Shown one piece after another: positions 49,129 through 60,126 of a stretch of DNA of 64,000 nucleotides; the stretch's first letter is position 1, and each line of letters opens with the position of its first letter. The DNA is from a bacterium (GTDB lineage Bacteria; SAR324; XYD2-FULL-50-16). The notes beneath the pieces were generated by a model that saw only the letters and a program-made list of their open reading frames with translations, was not told where the DNA came from and did no database searches. The DNA is taken from contig JAVVEA010000009.1 of assembly GCA_032250835.1 (NCBI GenBank), positions 32,001 through 96,000 of the forward strand. Reading direction: 5' to 3'. The position numbers and the translations under genes are program-made.

Positions 49129-50280
49129 ATGATTCCAATAAAAATACTGGCTATCGATGATGAGCCCGATACCCTTGAGTTACTGAGTCTGAAGTTTACA
49201 GAGGAAGTGCGCAGCGGGCAGTTTGAGTTCCTTTACGCCTCAAATGGCGAAGAAGGTTTATCCCGGCTGATCGAGAAGCACTTCGACCTAGCCTTGGTGG
49301 ACCTGCGCATGCCCTTGATGGATGGGTTAGAATTCTTAAAGCGCGCCCAAGAACTTTTCCCGAATCTGCTGTGTATCGTTGTATCGGCCTTTGATGACAT
49401 GAAAAATCTGAGGCAAGCCATGAATTACGGGGCCTTTGATTTTGTCTGTAAGCCCATCCAATTTGAAGACCTACACCAGACGATCTTAAAGGCCCAACGA
49501 TCCATCGAAAAACAAGAAGTCGCCCGGCGCACTAAAGAAAGCCTACTTTCGGTGATGAACCACGAACTGCGCACGCCGCTCAATGGCGTGATCGGCATGG
49601 CCGACTACATTGCCACCCAAGTAAGCGACCCCTTTTTATACGAAAGTCTTGAGGTGATCCGTGACTCGGGAAATTCTTTGTTAGACGTCTTCAACGACAT
49701 CCTCTTTTATTCTTCCAGCGCCTACCCCGAAACGATCCGCAGCGATGAGCAACTGATCCTCTCGGCCTTTTTGAAGTCTTTAGTGAATCTGTACCAGCCC
49801 GTCGCCAGACTCAAGCACATTGCGCTGGAACTAAAAATCATCGGTACCTTGCCGCCTTTGGTGGTGGGGGACCGGGTCCATTTGTCCCAGGTCTTGACCC
49901 ACCTTTTGAGCAACGCCATCAAGTTCTCGGTCAGCTCCACCGAAGTGGTTCTGACCTGTGAAGCGAAAAAACGTTCTGCCGAACAGGTATGGCTGCGCTT
50001 TGAAGTGATCGATCAGGGGGTTGGCATCGCGCCCGAGGTGCAAGAAAAAATATTTGAACCTTTCTTCCAAATTGATGACAGCTTAACCCGCGCCGTGGGC
50101 GGCCTGGGACTGGGCTTAGCGATTGCGAAACTTTGGATAGAGCGGCTCGGCGGGAGCATCGGCCTGCAAAGTGAATTAGGCCAAGGCAGCCGGTTTTGGA
50201 TTGAAGTGCCCTTCCAAACGCCTCATTTATTTTCAGGTAACGGTGAATCGGCCTCTTCCAGCCAGGGCAAAAATATCTGA
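49129..50280 (+). CDS. Response regulator-histidine kinase hybrid
   Basis: REC (IDDE, DLRMP), NHELRTPLNG, HATPase GGLGLGL. Confidence 0.9.
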   Translation: MIPIKILAIDDEPDTLELLSLKFTEEVRSGQFEFLYASNGEEGLSRLIEKHFDLALVDLRMPLMDGLEFLKRAQELFPNLLCIVVSAFDDMKNLRQAMNYGAFDFVCKPIQFEDLHQTILKAQRSIEKQEVARRTKESLLSVMNHELRTPLNGVIGMADYIATQVSDPFLYESLEVIRDSGNSLLDVFNDILFYSSSAYPETIRSDEQLILSAFLKSLVNLYQPVARLKHIALELKIIGTLPPLVVGDRVHLSQVLTHLLSNAIKFSVSSTEVVLTCEAKKRSAEQVWLRFEVIDQGVGIAPEVQEKIFEPFFQIDDSLTRAVGGLGLGLAIAKLWIERLGGSIGLQSELGQGSRFWIEVPFQTPHLFSGNGESASSSQGKNI

Positions 50281-52712
50281 AATTCCGTATATTCGCCGGG
50301 AACTGACTGAACCGAAATCTGGCCCCCATGTTGCCCGGTAACGATCTCGTAACTAATGGACAGACCCAGACCCGTCCCCTGCCCGGCTGGTTTGCTGGTA
50401 TAAAAGGGTTCAAAAATCTTCGATTGCCGCTCCAGGCTGATCCCCGTCCCATTATCAAAGACCCGCAAGGTGACCCCGTCTTTATTGCACTGACTCCGCA
50501 GGATCATTTGGGGGTGGTAGGGCTTTTCCGATTGGCTCCTTTTTTCCCGCATAGCATCAAAGGCATTTCCGAATAGGTTCAATAAAACCCGTCCGAATTC
50601 TTGGGAATAAAGACGGATCGGCGGGATATTGGCCGCAAAATGTCGCTCCACCTTTAAATCCAAACCGTCTTCGCTGGCTTTGAGGCTATGTAAAGCCAGC
50701 GTCAAGTATTGCTCCACCAAGTCATTGAACTCTACGATCTGCGGCAGGCCGGGCTGCTCTCGGGCGTGGGTCAACATAGAACTAACGATGGAGCCGATCA
50801 ACTCGGCATGTTGCTGAACCTTCAGGGCCATCTGCTGTCCATGCTGGATTTGTTCGGGGCTCAGCTCTGAGGCTTTTAGAAGGTCGACCAACAGTTCCGT
50901 GAAGTTTTGGACGAAGTTTAAGGGATTGCGGATCTCGTGGGCAATGCCCGCAGTCATGCGTCCTAGACTGGACAATTTTTCCTGCACCACTAGGTTTTGT
51001 TGGGCCTTTTCTAACTGACGGGTACGCTTGAGGACCCGTTGTTCCAAGTCCTGATTGAGCGCTAAGACCTCGGCCTCGGCGGCTTTGTGTTGGCGCAGGT
51101 CGCGGAAAACGCCGCTGTAATAGAGTCCTCCGGCTCCCTCCCAACAGGCTAAGGCCCCTTCAACGGGCAAATAGACCCCCTGTTTGCTTTTACCCAGATA
51201 CTCCCTTGGTGCCGTCGATTCACCAGGAGACAACTGCGGATGGGACATCTTAAAGGGCGGACTTTGGCTGGTATCTGGTTCAAACAAAAGGTCAATGGGC
51301 TGCCCGATCAACTCTTCGGCCCTATAGCCAAATAACCCTTCGGCGCCCTGGTTCCACAACAGGATCTTGCCCTGGGCGTCAAAGCTGAAGATCGGATCGA
51401 CGCTATGCTCCACCAAAGCGCGGTAGCTTTCTTGGCTGCTGGTCAATTCAGCTTGGAGGGCTAAATTTTCAGTCAGGTCGATGGCCATAGAAACGATCAG
51501 GCGTTCCCTGGCCTGATTAGGCGGCAAGGGGGCATGGGAGATGGCCCATTGCCGGTACTGACCGTCTGCGGTGCGGATGGTGGTGAGGCTGTCTTGGGTG
51601 GTTTCTTCCTGTTCAAAGAGCGCGGCGAAATGCTGAATGATCTGCTCCTGGTTCGTCTCAAAGGCCTTCGACACCCAAGCCTGGATGTCCACCAATTCCT
51701 CGGTTCGGTACCCGGTCAGCTCACAAAAGGCCCGGCTCACCGCCAGGATTTGCCCACTTTCGCTATGCGCCATCAGCGGAAAGGGGGCCGATAACACAAT
51801 GTCCTGGAACTGGGCCTGAGTAGCCTGCAAGTCCGCCTCGGCCTGTTTTTGTTTTTCTAAAGCGGCACGCAACCGGCGGTTGACCTGTTCAAGGCTGAGA
51901 AACCGCCAAGCCAGCAGCGTCAAGCTAACCCCAAAAAGGCCGCCCCCAAAGGCCAGCCAAAGCCGCGTCGAATCCCAAAAGGGCGGCGGCGGGCGGTGCC
52001 ACTTAGCGTAAAGCTCAAAAAAGGCCGGACTAGCCACCAACCGCTCGATCACTGGATCAAAGCGTTCCTTGAGGTCCGGGCGGTTTAAGGGAAAGGCCAG
52101 CGCCCGCTTGACCTCGGCTATCGGGGTCTGCAAAGGGCGGATTAACTGGTCTACCCCCGTTTCGTGCGCCAAGTTCAGCAGCGATTCGCGAGGATAAACC
52201 AAACCGTCTAAGTGACCGCCGAGTAATTCAAAGAGGGCCTGTTCTCGGCTCGGAAACACCTGGACCTGGAATCGGTCGTCTTCGGCCAAAAGGCTTTGCC
52301 CTACGTTAGTCTCCACGACTCCTAGAAAACTCCCCTCTAGACTCTTTAAGTCATCCACGGAGCTGGCAGTGCGTACGAAGATCGAAACCTCGAAGGCATG
52401 GTAAGGCCTGCTGAACAGAAAGCTTTGTGAGCGGAGCTCCGAGACGCCTAGATTGGGGATCAGGTCCCAGCTGTTGGCCTCGGTGGCTTGGATGACCTGC
52501 GGCCAGCTTTCCTTCCATTGGTAGGTGAAGGTGACCTGCATTTCCTTGGACAGCAAGGCTAGGAATTCTGCGGCAAAGCCCGCCGGTTGTCCTTGGTCGT
52601 CGCGGTAAATATGGGGCGCAAAGTGGGCGGGGGCCAAAACCCGCAGTTGCTCGGCTCGCAGCCCCAGCGGCGAGCTCAACAGAAACAATAAGATCAGGCC
52701 CCATCCCTTCAC
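50223..52712 (-). CDS. Sensor histidine kinase with SBP family 3 periplasmic domain and two PAS domains
   Basis: Periplasmic binding domain, TM, two PAS, AGIAHEIRNP, GTGLGL. Confidence 0.9.
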   Translation of the reverse strand: MKGWGLILLFLLSSPLGLRAEQLRVLAPAHFAPHIYRDDQGQPAGFAAEFLALLSKEMQVTFTYQWKESWPQVIQATEANSWDLIPNLGVSELRSQSFLFSRPYHAFEVSIFVRTASSVDDLKSLEGSFLGVVETNVGQSLLAEDDRFQVQVFPSREQALFELLGGHLDGLVYPRESLLNLAHETGVDQLIRPLQTPIAEVKRALAFPLNRPDLKERFDPVIERLVASPAFFELYAKWHRPPPPFWDSTRLWLAFGGGLFGVSLTLLAWRFLSLEQVNRRLRAALEKQKQAEADLQATQAQFQDIVLSAPFPLMAHSESGQILAVSRAFCELTGYRTEELVDIQAWVSKAFETNQEQIIQHFAALFEQEETTQDSLTTIRTADGQYRQWAISHAPLPPNQARERLIVSMAIDLTENLALQAELTSSQESYRALVEHSVDPIFSFDAQGKILLWNQGAEGLFGYRAEELIGQPIDLLFEPDTSQSPPFKMSHPQLSPGESTAPREYLGKSKQGVYLPVEGALACWEGAGGLYYSGVFRDLRQHKAAEAEVLALNQDLEQRVLKRTRQLEKAQQNLVVQEKLSSLGRMTAGIAHEIRNPLNFVQNFTELLVDLLKASELSPEQIQHGQQMALKVQQHAELIGSIVSSMLTHAREQPGLPQIVEFNDLVEQYLTLALHSLKASEDGLDLKVERHFAANIPPIRLYSQEFGRVLLNLFGNAFDAMREKRSQSEKPYHPQMILRSQCNKDGVTLRVFDNGTGISLERQSKIFEPFYTSKPAGQGTGLGLSISYEIVTGQHGGQISVQSVPGEYTEFQIFLPWLEEADSPLPENK

Positions 52713-52778
52713 GGCTACCTCAATAATTAGGCTTAAAGTAGCTTTAGGTTAACAGGTAGTACCGAAGAATCCAATCGC

Positions 52779-55700
52779 TTAGCGCGAAGCAAAAAACGAG
52801 GGCCGCCAGTGGGTTAATATCCAGTAGAGCGAAGGGATGAGGATCAAGGTGATCAAGGTCGCAAAAACAATCCCCACTCCCAGGCTGATCGCCATAGGGA
52901 TCAGGAATTGGGCCTGACGAGAGGTCTCGGCTAAAAGGGGCATCAAGCCAAAGAAGGTGGTCGCCGTGGTCATCAAAATCGGCCGGACCCTGCTTTGGGA
53001 GGCTTCTACCAAAGAGCCGATGGGGTCGCTCTGGCGGTTCGGGTGCCGCTTGATGGCGTCGATTAAGATCAACGAATCGTTGACCACCACGCCGGTCAAA
53101 CCAACCAAACCAAAGAGGCTCATGAAACTCAAGGGATGGCCCAGGATCAAGTGGCCCAGTGCCGCTCCGGCGAGCCCGAAGGGGATGGCGATCATCACCA
53201 GCATAGGCTCGGTATAACTCCTAAAAAAGATGGCCAAAAGGGCGTAGATCATCAACATGGCCCCTAAAAAGCCGCCCAATAGGCTGCTCATAGACTTCTG
53301 CCGCTCCTTATTGGCTCCTTCCATTTTAGCGGTTAAGCCTGGATGTAAGGAGCGGAGTTGGGGCAGCCATTCGGTTTTGATCCGGGCCGTGATGGCGTCT
53401 GGATTGCGTTGGGCCGAATCGATGCTGGCGGTGACCAAAACCACCGGGCGGCGGTTCTCGCGGCGGATTCCGGTGGGCTCGATCCGTTCGCTCCGTTCGG
53501 CCGCTTGGCCCAGGGTGATTTCCCCGCCTGCATTGGTACGCAGATACAACTGCTCAAGGTTGGAGAGGTTGTTTCGGACCTCGGCTGGGTAGCGCAAATA
53601 GACCTCAACGGTCTGGTCGTTACGCAGCAGGGTGGTGATGTTGACGCCTTTAAAGGCGGCGCGCAGCTCGTTGGCAAATTCTTGGGGGCTCACGCCCAGG
53701 CTGCGGGCCTCTTCGCTTAGGCGGTACTGGATCTCCGACTTGCCTGCCTTTTCGCTGTCGTCAATGTCCACCACGCTAGAATAACTGGTCAAATAGGCCT
53801 TGGTGTCGGCAATAGCCTGTTCTAAGACCTGGCGGTTTGGGTGGCTTAAGGTGATGGAGATGTCATCGCCGAAATTCATGGTCCGGCTGCTTAAAGACAG
53901 ACTGGTGATCTCGGGCACCTCACCGACCGATTGCCGCCAGAGCTTACCTAGCTTAAAGGCATTGATGCTGCGCTGGTCCGCATCAATCAGCCTCAAGCGC
54001 ACCGAAGCCTCAGCCGACCCACTGCCGGAATTGGCGCGAAGGCGGATGTAGCTATTGAGCAAGCTGGATTCTTTTTTACCCTGTTCCTGGTCCGCTTTAG
54101 CCAGGATAGCCGCCCCTTTGGCGACTACCTCTTCTAAGATACGGCGGCTTTCGGCGGCGGGGATGCCCGGAGGCAACGTGGCGGTCAGACGCACCTCGTC
54201 GTCTTCAATCTTCGGGAAAAACTGCATCGGCAAAATGCCGCTGGCCACGGTAGCCACCACCAACATCAAACTAACCACCCCAAAAGCCAGGGTGGCGAAG
54301 CTGTTTTTTAGGGTCTTCTCGACAAACCGCTTATAGGGCCCATGGGTGATCCGGTCTAGACCGTCGTCGCAGGCAACCCGCAGCCGCTCTAAGGCGCGCA
54401 TCGGAGCCGACTTAAAAGGCTTGCCTCCAAAGGAAAGATGCGCCGGAAGAATAAACAAAGACTCCACCAAGGAGAGCAACAACACAGACATCACAATCAC
54501 CGGCACGGCCACCAAAAAACGCCCCATTGCCCCGTCGATAAACATCAAGGGAGCAAAGGCGACTAAAGTGGTTATCACCGCTGAAAAGACCGCCGGGCCG
54601 ACTTCGGTGGCCCCTTCGATGGCTGCTTGCAGGCGGCTTTTGCCTTCTTCGATCTTTTGGAAGACCGACTCACCGACCACAATGGCATCGTCCACCACGA
54701 TGCCCAAGACCAAGATAAAGGCCATCAGGGAGATCATGTTGATCGACACGCCGGTAAAGGGCATCAGCAACAACGAACCAGCGAAGGAGATGGGGATGCC
54801 CAACATAACCCAAAAGGCCAGATGGATTTCTAAGAACAGCGCCAGGATGATGAACACCAAAACCAAGCCCATGATCCCGTTGTTGACCAATAGATCAAAG
54901 CGCTGCTGGAAAATTTCGGAACGATCTTGCCAGATCACCAAGTCCACGCCCGGAGAAAATCCGGCCTGGGTGGTCTCTAGGTATTCGTTGATTTGGGTGG
55001 CTACCTGAGCGGGCGTGAAGCCCATTTTTTGGTACACATTAAAAAAGACCGCCCGTTTGCCATCTAATAATAAATAGTCCTGAGACTCGGCGGGCCGCTC
55101 GGTGATCCGGGCGATTTCGCCTAGGCGGGTCTGGGACCCTTCACGTTGGCTTTGGACCACTAACTGGGCAAACTCGCTAGGCCGTTCACGCTTGGAGACG
55201 GTCCGCACCAAGATCTCCCCGCCTTGGGTCTGGATCGACCCGGCAGGTAGGTCGAGGCTGCCTTGGCGGATGATGGCGGCCAGTCCGGTCAAACTCAGGC
55301 CGGTGGAGCGGAGCGCCTCGGGGGTGACTTCGATGACCAACTCGGTGTTCAGCAAACCTTCGTTGTCCACCGACGACACGCCGGGCAACTCGGACAGTTC
55401 GTCTTGGACGCGGCGGGCCAGCTCGAAGAGCTGCGCCGGTTCGGACTGGGAGGTTAGCGCGAGATTGAAGATGCGCCGCTTGCGGGTGAGCTTGCTGACC
55501 TGGGGCGTTTCGATGTCTGCGGGAAAGTCTTGGATGGTGCCCACGGCGTTGCGTACCTCTTGTAGCCGCTCGTCTGGGTCCGCTCCGTCTTCTAAGGTGA
55601 TGCTCACCACGGCGATCCCCTCGTTGGCTTGGCAAACCAACTCTTCGATCCCTTCGAGCGGGTCGATCACTTCTTCCAGAGGAACGCAGAGGCTGTTGGC

Positions 55701-55880
55701 CACTTCGCTGGGGCCTGCACCCTGGTAGACCACCGTGACGTTAAGCATATCCAACGCCACCTCAGGAAAGACCTCCTGGGGTAGACGCGGGGCCATCATC
55801 GCCCCGCCGATCAAGATCATGGCTAAGAGAATGTTGGCAGCGACGGGGTTTTGCGCCATCCAAGACATGGCCGCTTTCAT
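52779..55880 (-). CDS. RND efflux permease (AcrB/AcrD/AcrF family)
   Basis: NPVAAN, LGIVVDDAIVVGE, GVVVNDSL, RVRPILMT. Confidence 0.95.
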   Translation of the reverse strand: MKAAMSWMAQNPVAANILLAMILIGGAMMAPRLPQEVFPEVALDMLNVTVVYQGAGPSEVANSLCVPLEEVIDPLEGIEELVCQANEGIAVVSITLEDGADPDERLQEVRNAVGTIQDFPADIETPQVSKLTRKRRIFNLALTSQSEPAQLFELARRVQDELSELPGVSSVDNEGLLNTELVIEVTPEALRSTGLSLTGLAAIIRQGSLDLPAGSIQTQGGEILVRTVSKRERPSEFAQLVVQSQREGSQTRLGEIARITERPAESQDYLLLDGKRAVFFNVYQKMGFTPAQVATQINEYLETTQAGFSPGVDLVIWQDRSEIFQQRFDLLVNNGIMGLVLVFIILALFLEIHLAFWVMLGIPISFAGSLLLMPFTGVSINMISLMAFILVLGIVVDDAIVVGESVFQKIEEGKSRLQAAIEGATEVGPAVFSAVITTLVAFAPLMFIDGAMGRFLVAVPVIVMSVLLLSLVESLFILPAHLSFGGKPFKSAPMRALERLRVACDDGLDRITHGPYKRFVEKTLKNSFATLAFGVVSLMLVVATVASGILPMQFFPKIEDDEVRLTATLPPGIPAAESRRILEEVVAKGAAILAKADQEQGKKESSLLNSYIRLRANSGSGSAEASVRLRLIDADQRSINAFKLGKLWRQSVGEVPEITSLSLSSRTMNFGDDISITLSHPNRQVLEQAIADTKAYLTSYSSVVDIDDSEKAGKSEIQYRLSEEARSLGVSPQEFANELRAAFKGVNITTLLRNDQTVEVYLRYPAEVRNNLSNLEQLYLRTNAGGEITLGQAAERSERIEPTGIRRENRRPVVLVTASIDSAQRNPDAITARIKTEWLPQLRSLHPGLTAKMEGANKERQKSMSSLLGGFLGAMLMIYALLAIFFRSYTEPMLVMIAIPFGLAGAALGHLILGHPLSFMSLFGLVGLTGVVVNDSLILIDAIKRHPNRQSDPIGSLVEASQSRVRPILMTTATTFFGLMPLLAETSRQAQFLIPMAISLGVGIVFATLITLILIPSLYWILTHWRPSFFASR

Positions 55881-57199
55881 GGAGTGGCTCCGCTAGCGCT
55901 TTGGTTGTTGACCTTGGGCGGGGTAGTTGCCACTGGGACCTGGGTTTGGGGGTTAGGCTCCGGGGCCGCTATTGCCTGGGGGGATTCGGCCTGAGCCGTC
56001 TCGAGCTGCGGGCCCGGTTCGGGCCCCTTATCGGTTTCGGGCTGGTAGACCTTCAGGGGCATCCCCTCGGTAGGCGTCTCGATGGGCGAAAGAATCAACT
56101 GATCGCCCGGAAAAAGCCCCTCTCGGACCAACGCCATATTCTCAACCTGACGCAAAATCTTCAATGGGCGGATCTCCAAGCCGCCACCGGGGCCGACCAT
56201 CCAAGCTTGGTTTTCTTGGTGCAGGGCGTAAAGCGGCACTTTATAAACCTGTTCTAACACCTCTCCCTGCAAGGTCGCCTTGACCTGTAACCCTAAAGGC
56301 AGGGGGAAACCCTGATCCGAAAGGGGCTGGTCAACCTCGATCATCAACTGCGCCAAGCGCCCCATGCTGTCGATCTCTTGGACTTGATGGGTAACCACGC
56401 CGATCCAGCGGTGTTGGTCCGGGCCGATTTGTTTGGTCAAAACCACCGCAGAGCCGGTCTGTCCCTGGGTACCCAAGTCAACCCAAGGCAACTCATTGAG
56501 CGGCAGGGCCAGCTTAACCCGGATGGGCCGTTCGGCAAAGAGCTTGGCAACCTGCTGGTTAGCGGTAACCGATTGACCCAATGCCAGCGTCACGCTACGG
56601 AAATAGCCCGCAAAGGGGGCGCGGATTTCGGTGCGCTCAAGGTTGAGTTCGGCTTGTTTGAGGCTCGCCTGAGCCGAGGCCATCGAGGCCCGCGCATTTT
56701 TTAACTGGGGGCCGTAGAGCGCTAAAGGGCTGATGTCCAGTCGGTTGCCGCCGGTCTGGCTTTGGACCTCCTGAAAACTCTTGAGGCCCGCTAAGGCCGA
56801 TTTTTTTTGGGCCTCTACGTTGTCTAGGTCGAATTCGGCTTTGGCCAAGGTGGCCTTGGCTTGGTCTAGGGTCAACAGCAGGTCTGCCGGGTCCAGCTTA
56901 AAGAGCAGTTCCCCGGCCTCCACGTACCCCCCCTCGACCATACTCGGCGAGATCCAGTCTACCTGCCCGCCGACGCGCGCGGCCAGGGATAGCTCCTGGG
57001 AAGGGATGGTGCTACCCAGCGCGACCACCTGGACCTGATGTTTGACGGGCTGCATCTGAAGCACCCGCACCAGCTTGATTTTCTTGGGCGGACTCTCCTT
57101 GCGCTTGGCCGGTTCTTTGCCCAGCATCATCGCCGCCGAAAGGCCAACACCGGCCAATAGGATCAGCCAAGGCAACCATCGTTTAGTCAGGAGGATCAT
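55877..57199 (-). CDS. RND membrane fusion protein
   Basis: N-terminal anchor, lipoyl half motifs ARVGGQV and LERTEIRAPFAG. Confidence 0.93.
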   Translation of the reverse strand: MILLTKRWLPWLILLAGVGLSAAMMLGKEPAKRKESPPKKIKLVRVLQMQPVKHQVQVVALGSTIPSQELSLAARVGGQVDWISPSMVEGGYVEAGELLFKLDPADLLLTLDQAKATLAKAEFDLDNVEAQKKSALAGLKSFQEVQSQTGGNRLDISPLALYGPQLKNARASMASAQASLKQAELNLERTEIRAPFAGYFRSVTLALGQSVTANQQVAKLFAERPIRVKLALPLNELPWVDLGTQGQTGSAVVLTKQIGPDQHRWIGVVTHQVQEIDSMGRLAQLMIEVDQPLSDQGFPLPLGLQVKATLQGEVLEQVYKVPLYALHQENQAWMVGPGGGLEIRPLKILRQVENMALVREGLFPGDQLILSPIETPTEGMPLKVYQPETDKGPEPGPQLETAQAESPQAIAAPEPNPQTQVPVATTPPKVNNQSASGATP

Positions 57200-58635
57200 G
57201 GTTCTTCTCGGTTAATATCCTTGATTTCTGCTCCAAGGGATTCTAGGTAATGTGCCGTCCAGTCGCCACCCAAGGCGGTATAAAGATCAACCCGCAGGTC
57301 GATCCAGCCTCTTTTGTCGGTGATCCAGTTGGTCTGGGCGGTGACAAATTGTTTTTGTGCAGCGATCACCTGATCGAAGGTCATCACCCCCTGCACAAAG
57401 GCGCTTTTGGTCAAGGCCAAACGCTGTTGGGCGATCACCACAGAGCGTTGGCGCAGCTCTAAAAGTAGGTCCTGTTGCTTCAGTTGGACCAAAGCCGATT
57501 CGACCTCACCAAAGGCCCCCAGTAGGCTTTGGCGGTAATTGGCCAGTTGCTCTTCTAATAACGCTTCTTGACGGCGGACCTCAGCGCGGCGGCGCCCCCC
57601 GTCGAAGATCGGCACGCTCAGGTTGGCAACCAAGTTCCAGAAGGCATTGTTGGGCTCACTTAGGCTGGACAATTCGGTGCTCTGGTAGCCGGTCGAAGCG
57701 GTCAGGCTCAAACGGGGGAAGCGGTCGGCCACCGCCGCGGCGATCCGGTGGTCTTGGGCTTTGAGCTGCAATAAGGCTTGGCGCAGGTCCGGGCGGCGTT
57801 TAAGCAGCCCCGAAGGAAGACCCGGCTGGAGCGGAGGTAGCTGCAACCCTAAATCCAACTGGGCGGCAAGGTCCGCCGCCGAGGGATAATCACCAACCAA
57901 CTGCCGCAAGCTTTGTTGGGCCGAAAGCTGCTGGACTCGCAGCTGCACTTGGCGCAGTTCGGTACTCGTTAATTGTTCTCGGGCTTGTAGGACCTCGGCG
58001 GCCTGGGCGGTACCTAATTTATAACTCTGCTCGATCAGCTCCAAGTTGGCTTGGTCGGTGAGCAGCGTTTCTTGGGCAAATTCTAACTGAGCTTGGATGG
58101 ACGCGAGACCGAACCAAGCCTTGGCGACCTGTTGGCCCAACAAAGTCAATTGCTGTTTGTAGGCTTCCAAGGAGGCCAATAGTTCCAGTTCGGCGGCCTT
58201 AAGGTTGGCGCTGTTTTTACCGAACAGGTCAAGGTCGTAGCTCGCCTGCAATTCTATAGAAAAGCTGGTGCTTTGCACCTCGACACCTGTCGAGCGGTTA
58301 GCGCTCTTGGCGGCCGTAAAGTCGGCGTTGGCACTGGGCAATAGGGCGGCGAAGCTGATGCCGGTGGCTGCCAAGCGCTGCTCGATACGGGCCTGGGCGG
58401 CGCGTAGGCCTGGGTTTTTGGTGAAGGCGCGCTCCATCAGGGCCTCTAATTCCTTCGAACCCAACTGCAACCACCAACGTCCTGGGTCGCTGTAGGTGAC
58501 TTGTTCGCTTTGTTCAAATCGGTCGCTTTCGAGCCCGGTGCCCGGTTCGCCCATTGGGCTGTGGGGGCTACAGCCCCACACCAACAAAGCCACCCAGGGC
58601 AACAGTGTCAATTTATTGAACTTTCGCAAAAACAT
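57196..58635 (-). CDS. Outer-membrane efflux lipoprotein (NodT/OprM type)
   Basis: Lipobox VWGC, WW, LDLFG, RRPDL, LYTALGG. Confidence 0.93.
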   Translation of the reverse strand: MFLRKFNKLTLLPWVALLVWGCSPHSPMGEPGTGLESDRFEQSEQVTYSDPGRWWLQLGSKELEALMERAFTKNPGLRAAQARIEQRLAATGISFAALLPSANADFTAAKSANRSTGVEVQSTSFSIELQASYDLDLFGKNSANLKAAELELLASLEAYKQQLTLLGQQVAKAWFGLASIQAQLEFAQETLLTDQANLELIEQSYKLGTAQAAEVLQAREQLTSTELRQVQLRVQQLSAQQSLRQLVGDYPSAADLAAQLDLGLQLPPLQPGLPSGLLKRRPDLRQALLQLKAQDHRIAAAVADRFPRLSLTASTGYQSTELSSLSEPNNAFWNLVANLSVPIFDGGRRRAEVRRQEALLEEQLANYRQSLLGAFGEVESALVQLKQQDLLLELRQRSVVIAQQRLALTKSAFVQGVMTFDQVIAAQKQFVTAQTNWITDKRGWIDLRVDLYTALGGDWTAHYLESLGAEIKDINREEP

Positions 58636-58712
58636 GCAGTCTCTTAAAAGGTCACAAGCCAAAAAATGGCTGGTCTATGAATCCAGCCTAACCGAACCCA
58701 ACGATCTAGGTT

Positions 58713-58727
58713 GTAAAGATTTGTAAC
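58713..58727. promoter_or_regulatory. CpxR/OmpR-family-like direct repeat
   Basis: GTAAA-N5-GTAAC upstream of the efflux operon. Confidence 0.4.
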
Positions 58728-58975
58728 CAATGGGCCTACCAACAGCCTGTTCCCCCTGGGTTCATTCTGCCAAGAGCTAACCGGTGCGCAGCAATGCCTT
58801 GGCTGCGGTCTGCTGTCTTTGGAATATTTTGGATTTAATTTTCCTGGTTATTTAGCGCCTAGAGCCGATGTAGGGATTGTCTTAAATTTTTTACCAAAAC
58901 TTAACCTTCCCCTGAACCGCTCCCCCCAGAACCCCTCTAGATTGGTCCCGAAATCAATCAAATGGAGTTTGTCCG

Positions 58976-60112
58976 ATGGAACCAAACCGCAACGTATACA
59001 CTAAAGGCACCGAGATCCTTCAAGAGGACCAGGAGCTGTTTGAATCAATCGTCAACCAGCGCTTGAGCCCCGAACAAGAGGCCCTGATCACCCAGCCTCC
59101 GGCGGTTTACCCTAAGGACGACGCGGTCTTGGCGGTGCATTGGCACCCCGAATATGTGCCCATGCCGCTGATCAAACAGCGCATCGAAGCGACCTTCCCG
59201 AACGCTAAAGAACACCTAATCATCCCCACCCAGCACAACCAAATATTGGTCTACGACGACTATGCCGGGGTAGAGGTGGACTGTTACAGTCCCGAGTTCA
59301 ACACCAAGGTGCAGCTGCTGTTGCATTTCGCGCCCGAAAAAGTGGCCGAAGCCAGCGTGCTCAAGAGCATGTTGATGCACACCTTTAACTACCGCGCCAC
59401 CCAGCTTTTTGATTTCCTCCACTGCTTAACCCGCCCTGAGCAGGACTTTATCCTGCAAAAGGCGGCGGCCAAGACGGGGGCCAACATTGAGCTGGTCAAT
59501 CTGGTGCGCCTGATGGCCCGCAAATTGGGCCTTTTGATCGAGCAAAACGAAGCGATTTTACCCAAAGAGGCAATCAAAAACAAGCTGATCCGCAATTTCT
59601 TTGACGGCCTGCGCGGCACCGTCGGCGACGCCACCATCGACCGGGCGCAGCACTTCTTACGGGAAGTAAAAAAGGCGGTAAAAAAAGACTTTGATCTAAC
59701 CTATTTTTATAAAACCCAAGAGATCATCGAAGAAACGAGGGGCCTCGGCGGCGGTATTGTGATCCCGCACCCCGAACAGTTTTGGCCCATCTTGATGGCT
59801 GATTATGATGTCGACGGGATTGAGGTCTGGAATCCCCAATCCAGCACCTATACCGAATTTTTGATCAACGTGGTCAACCGCCAAAACCGCTCGGTAGCCC
59901 CGGGTCGGCGGCCCCTGTTGGTCTTTATGGGTGATGACACCCACCTGGGCGAAAAGCTCAAAGCGCCAGGGGCGCAAAGTGCCGAAAAAGTCATCCGAGA
60001 GGTCGGCGTTCAGCCGCCCTGGGACGATCTTTCTTTAAAGAAAACCCTGATCCAAGCTCAGGCGGAAAAACATTTGGTGATCGCCGAATACAAAGCCCGT
60101 TTGAACTCTTAA
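58976..60112 (+). CDS. Hypothetical protein with PHP-like C-terminal motifs, first gene of the GAK operon
   Basis: IPHPEQFWP, DGIEVWN, MGDDTH. Confidence 0.65.
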   Translation: MEPNRNVYTKGTEILQEDQELFESIVNQRLSPEQEALITQPPAVYPKDDAVLAVHWHPEYVPMPLIKQRIEATFPNAKEHLIIPTQHNQILVYDDYAGVEVDCYSPEFNTKVQLLLHFAPEKVAEASVLKSMLMHTFNYRATQLFDFLHCLTRPEQDFILQKAAAKTGANIELVNLVRLMARKLGLLIEQNEAILPKEAIKNKLIRNFFDGLRGTVGDATIDRAQHFLREVKKAVKKDFDLTYFYKTQEIIEETRGLGGGIVIPHPEQFWPILMADYDVDGIEVWNPQSSTYTEFLINVVNRQNRSVAPGRRPLLVFMGDDTHLGEKLKAPGAQSAEKVIREVGVQPPWDDLSLKKTLIQAQAEKHLVIAEYKARLNS

Positions 60113-60126
60113 CCCAAAGGAACGCA

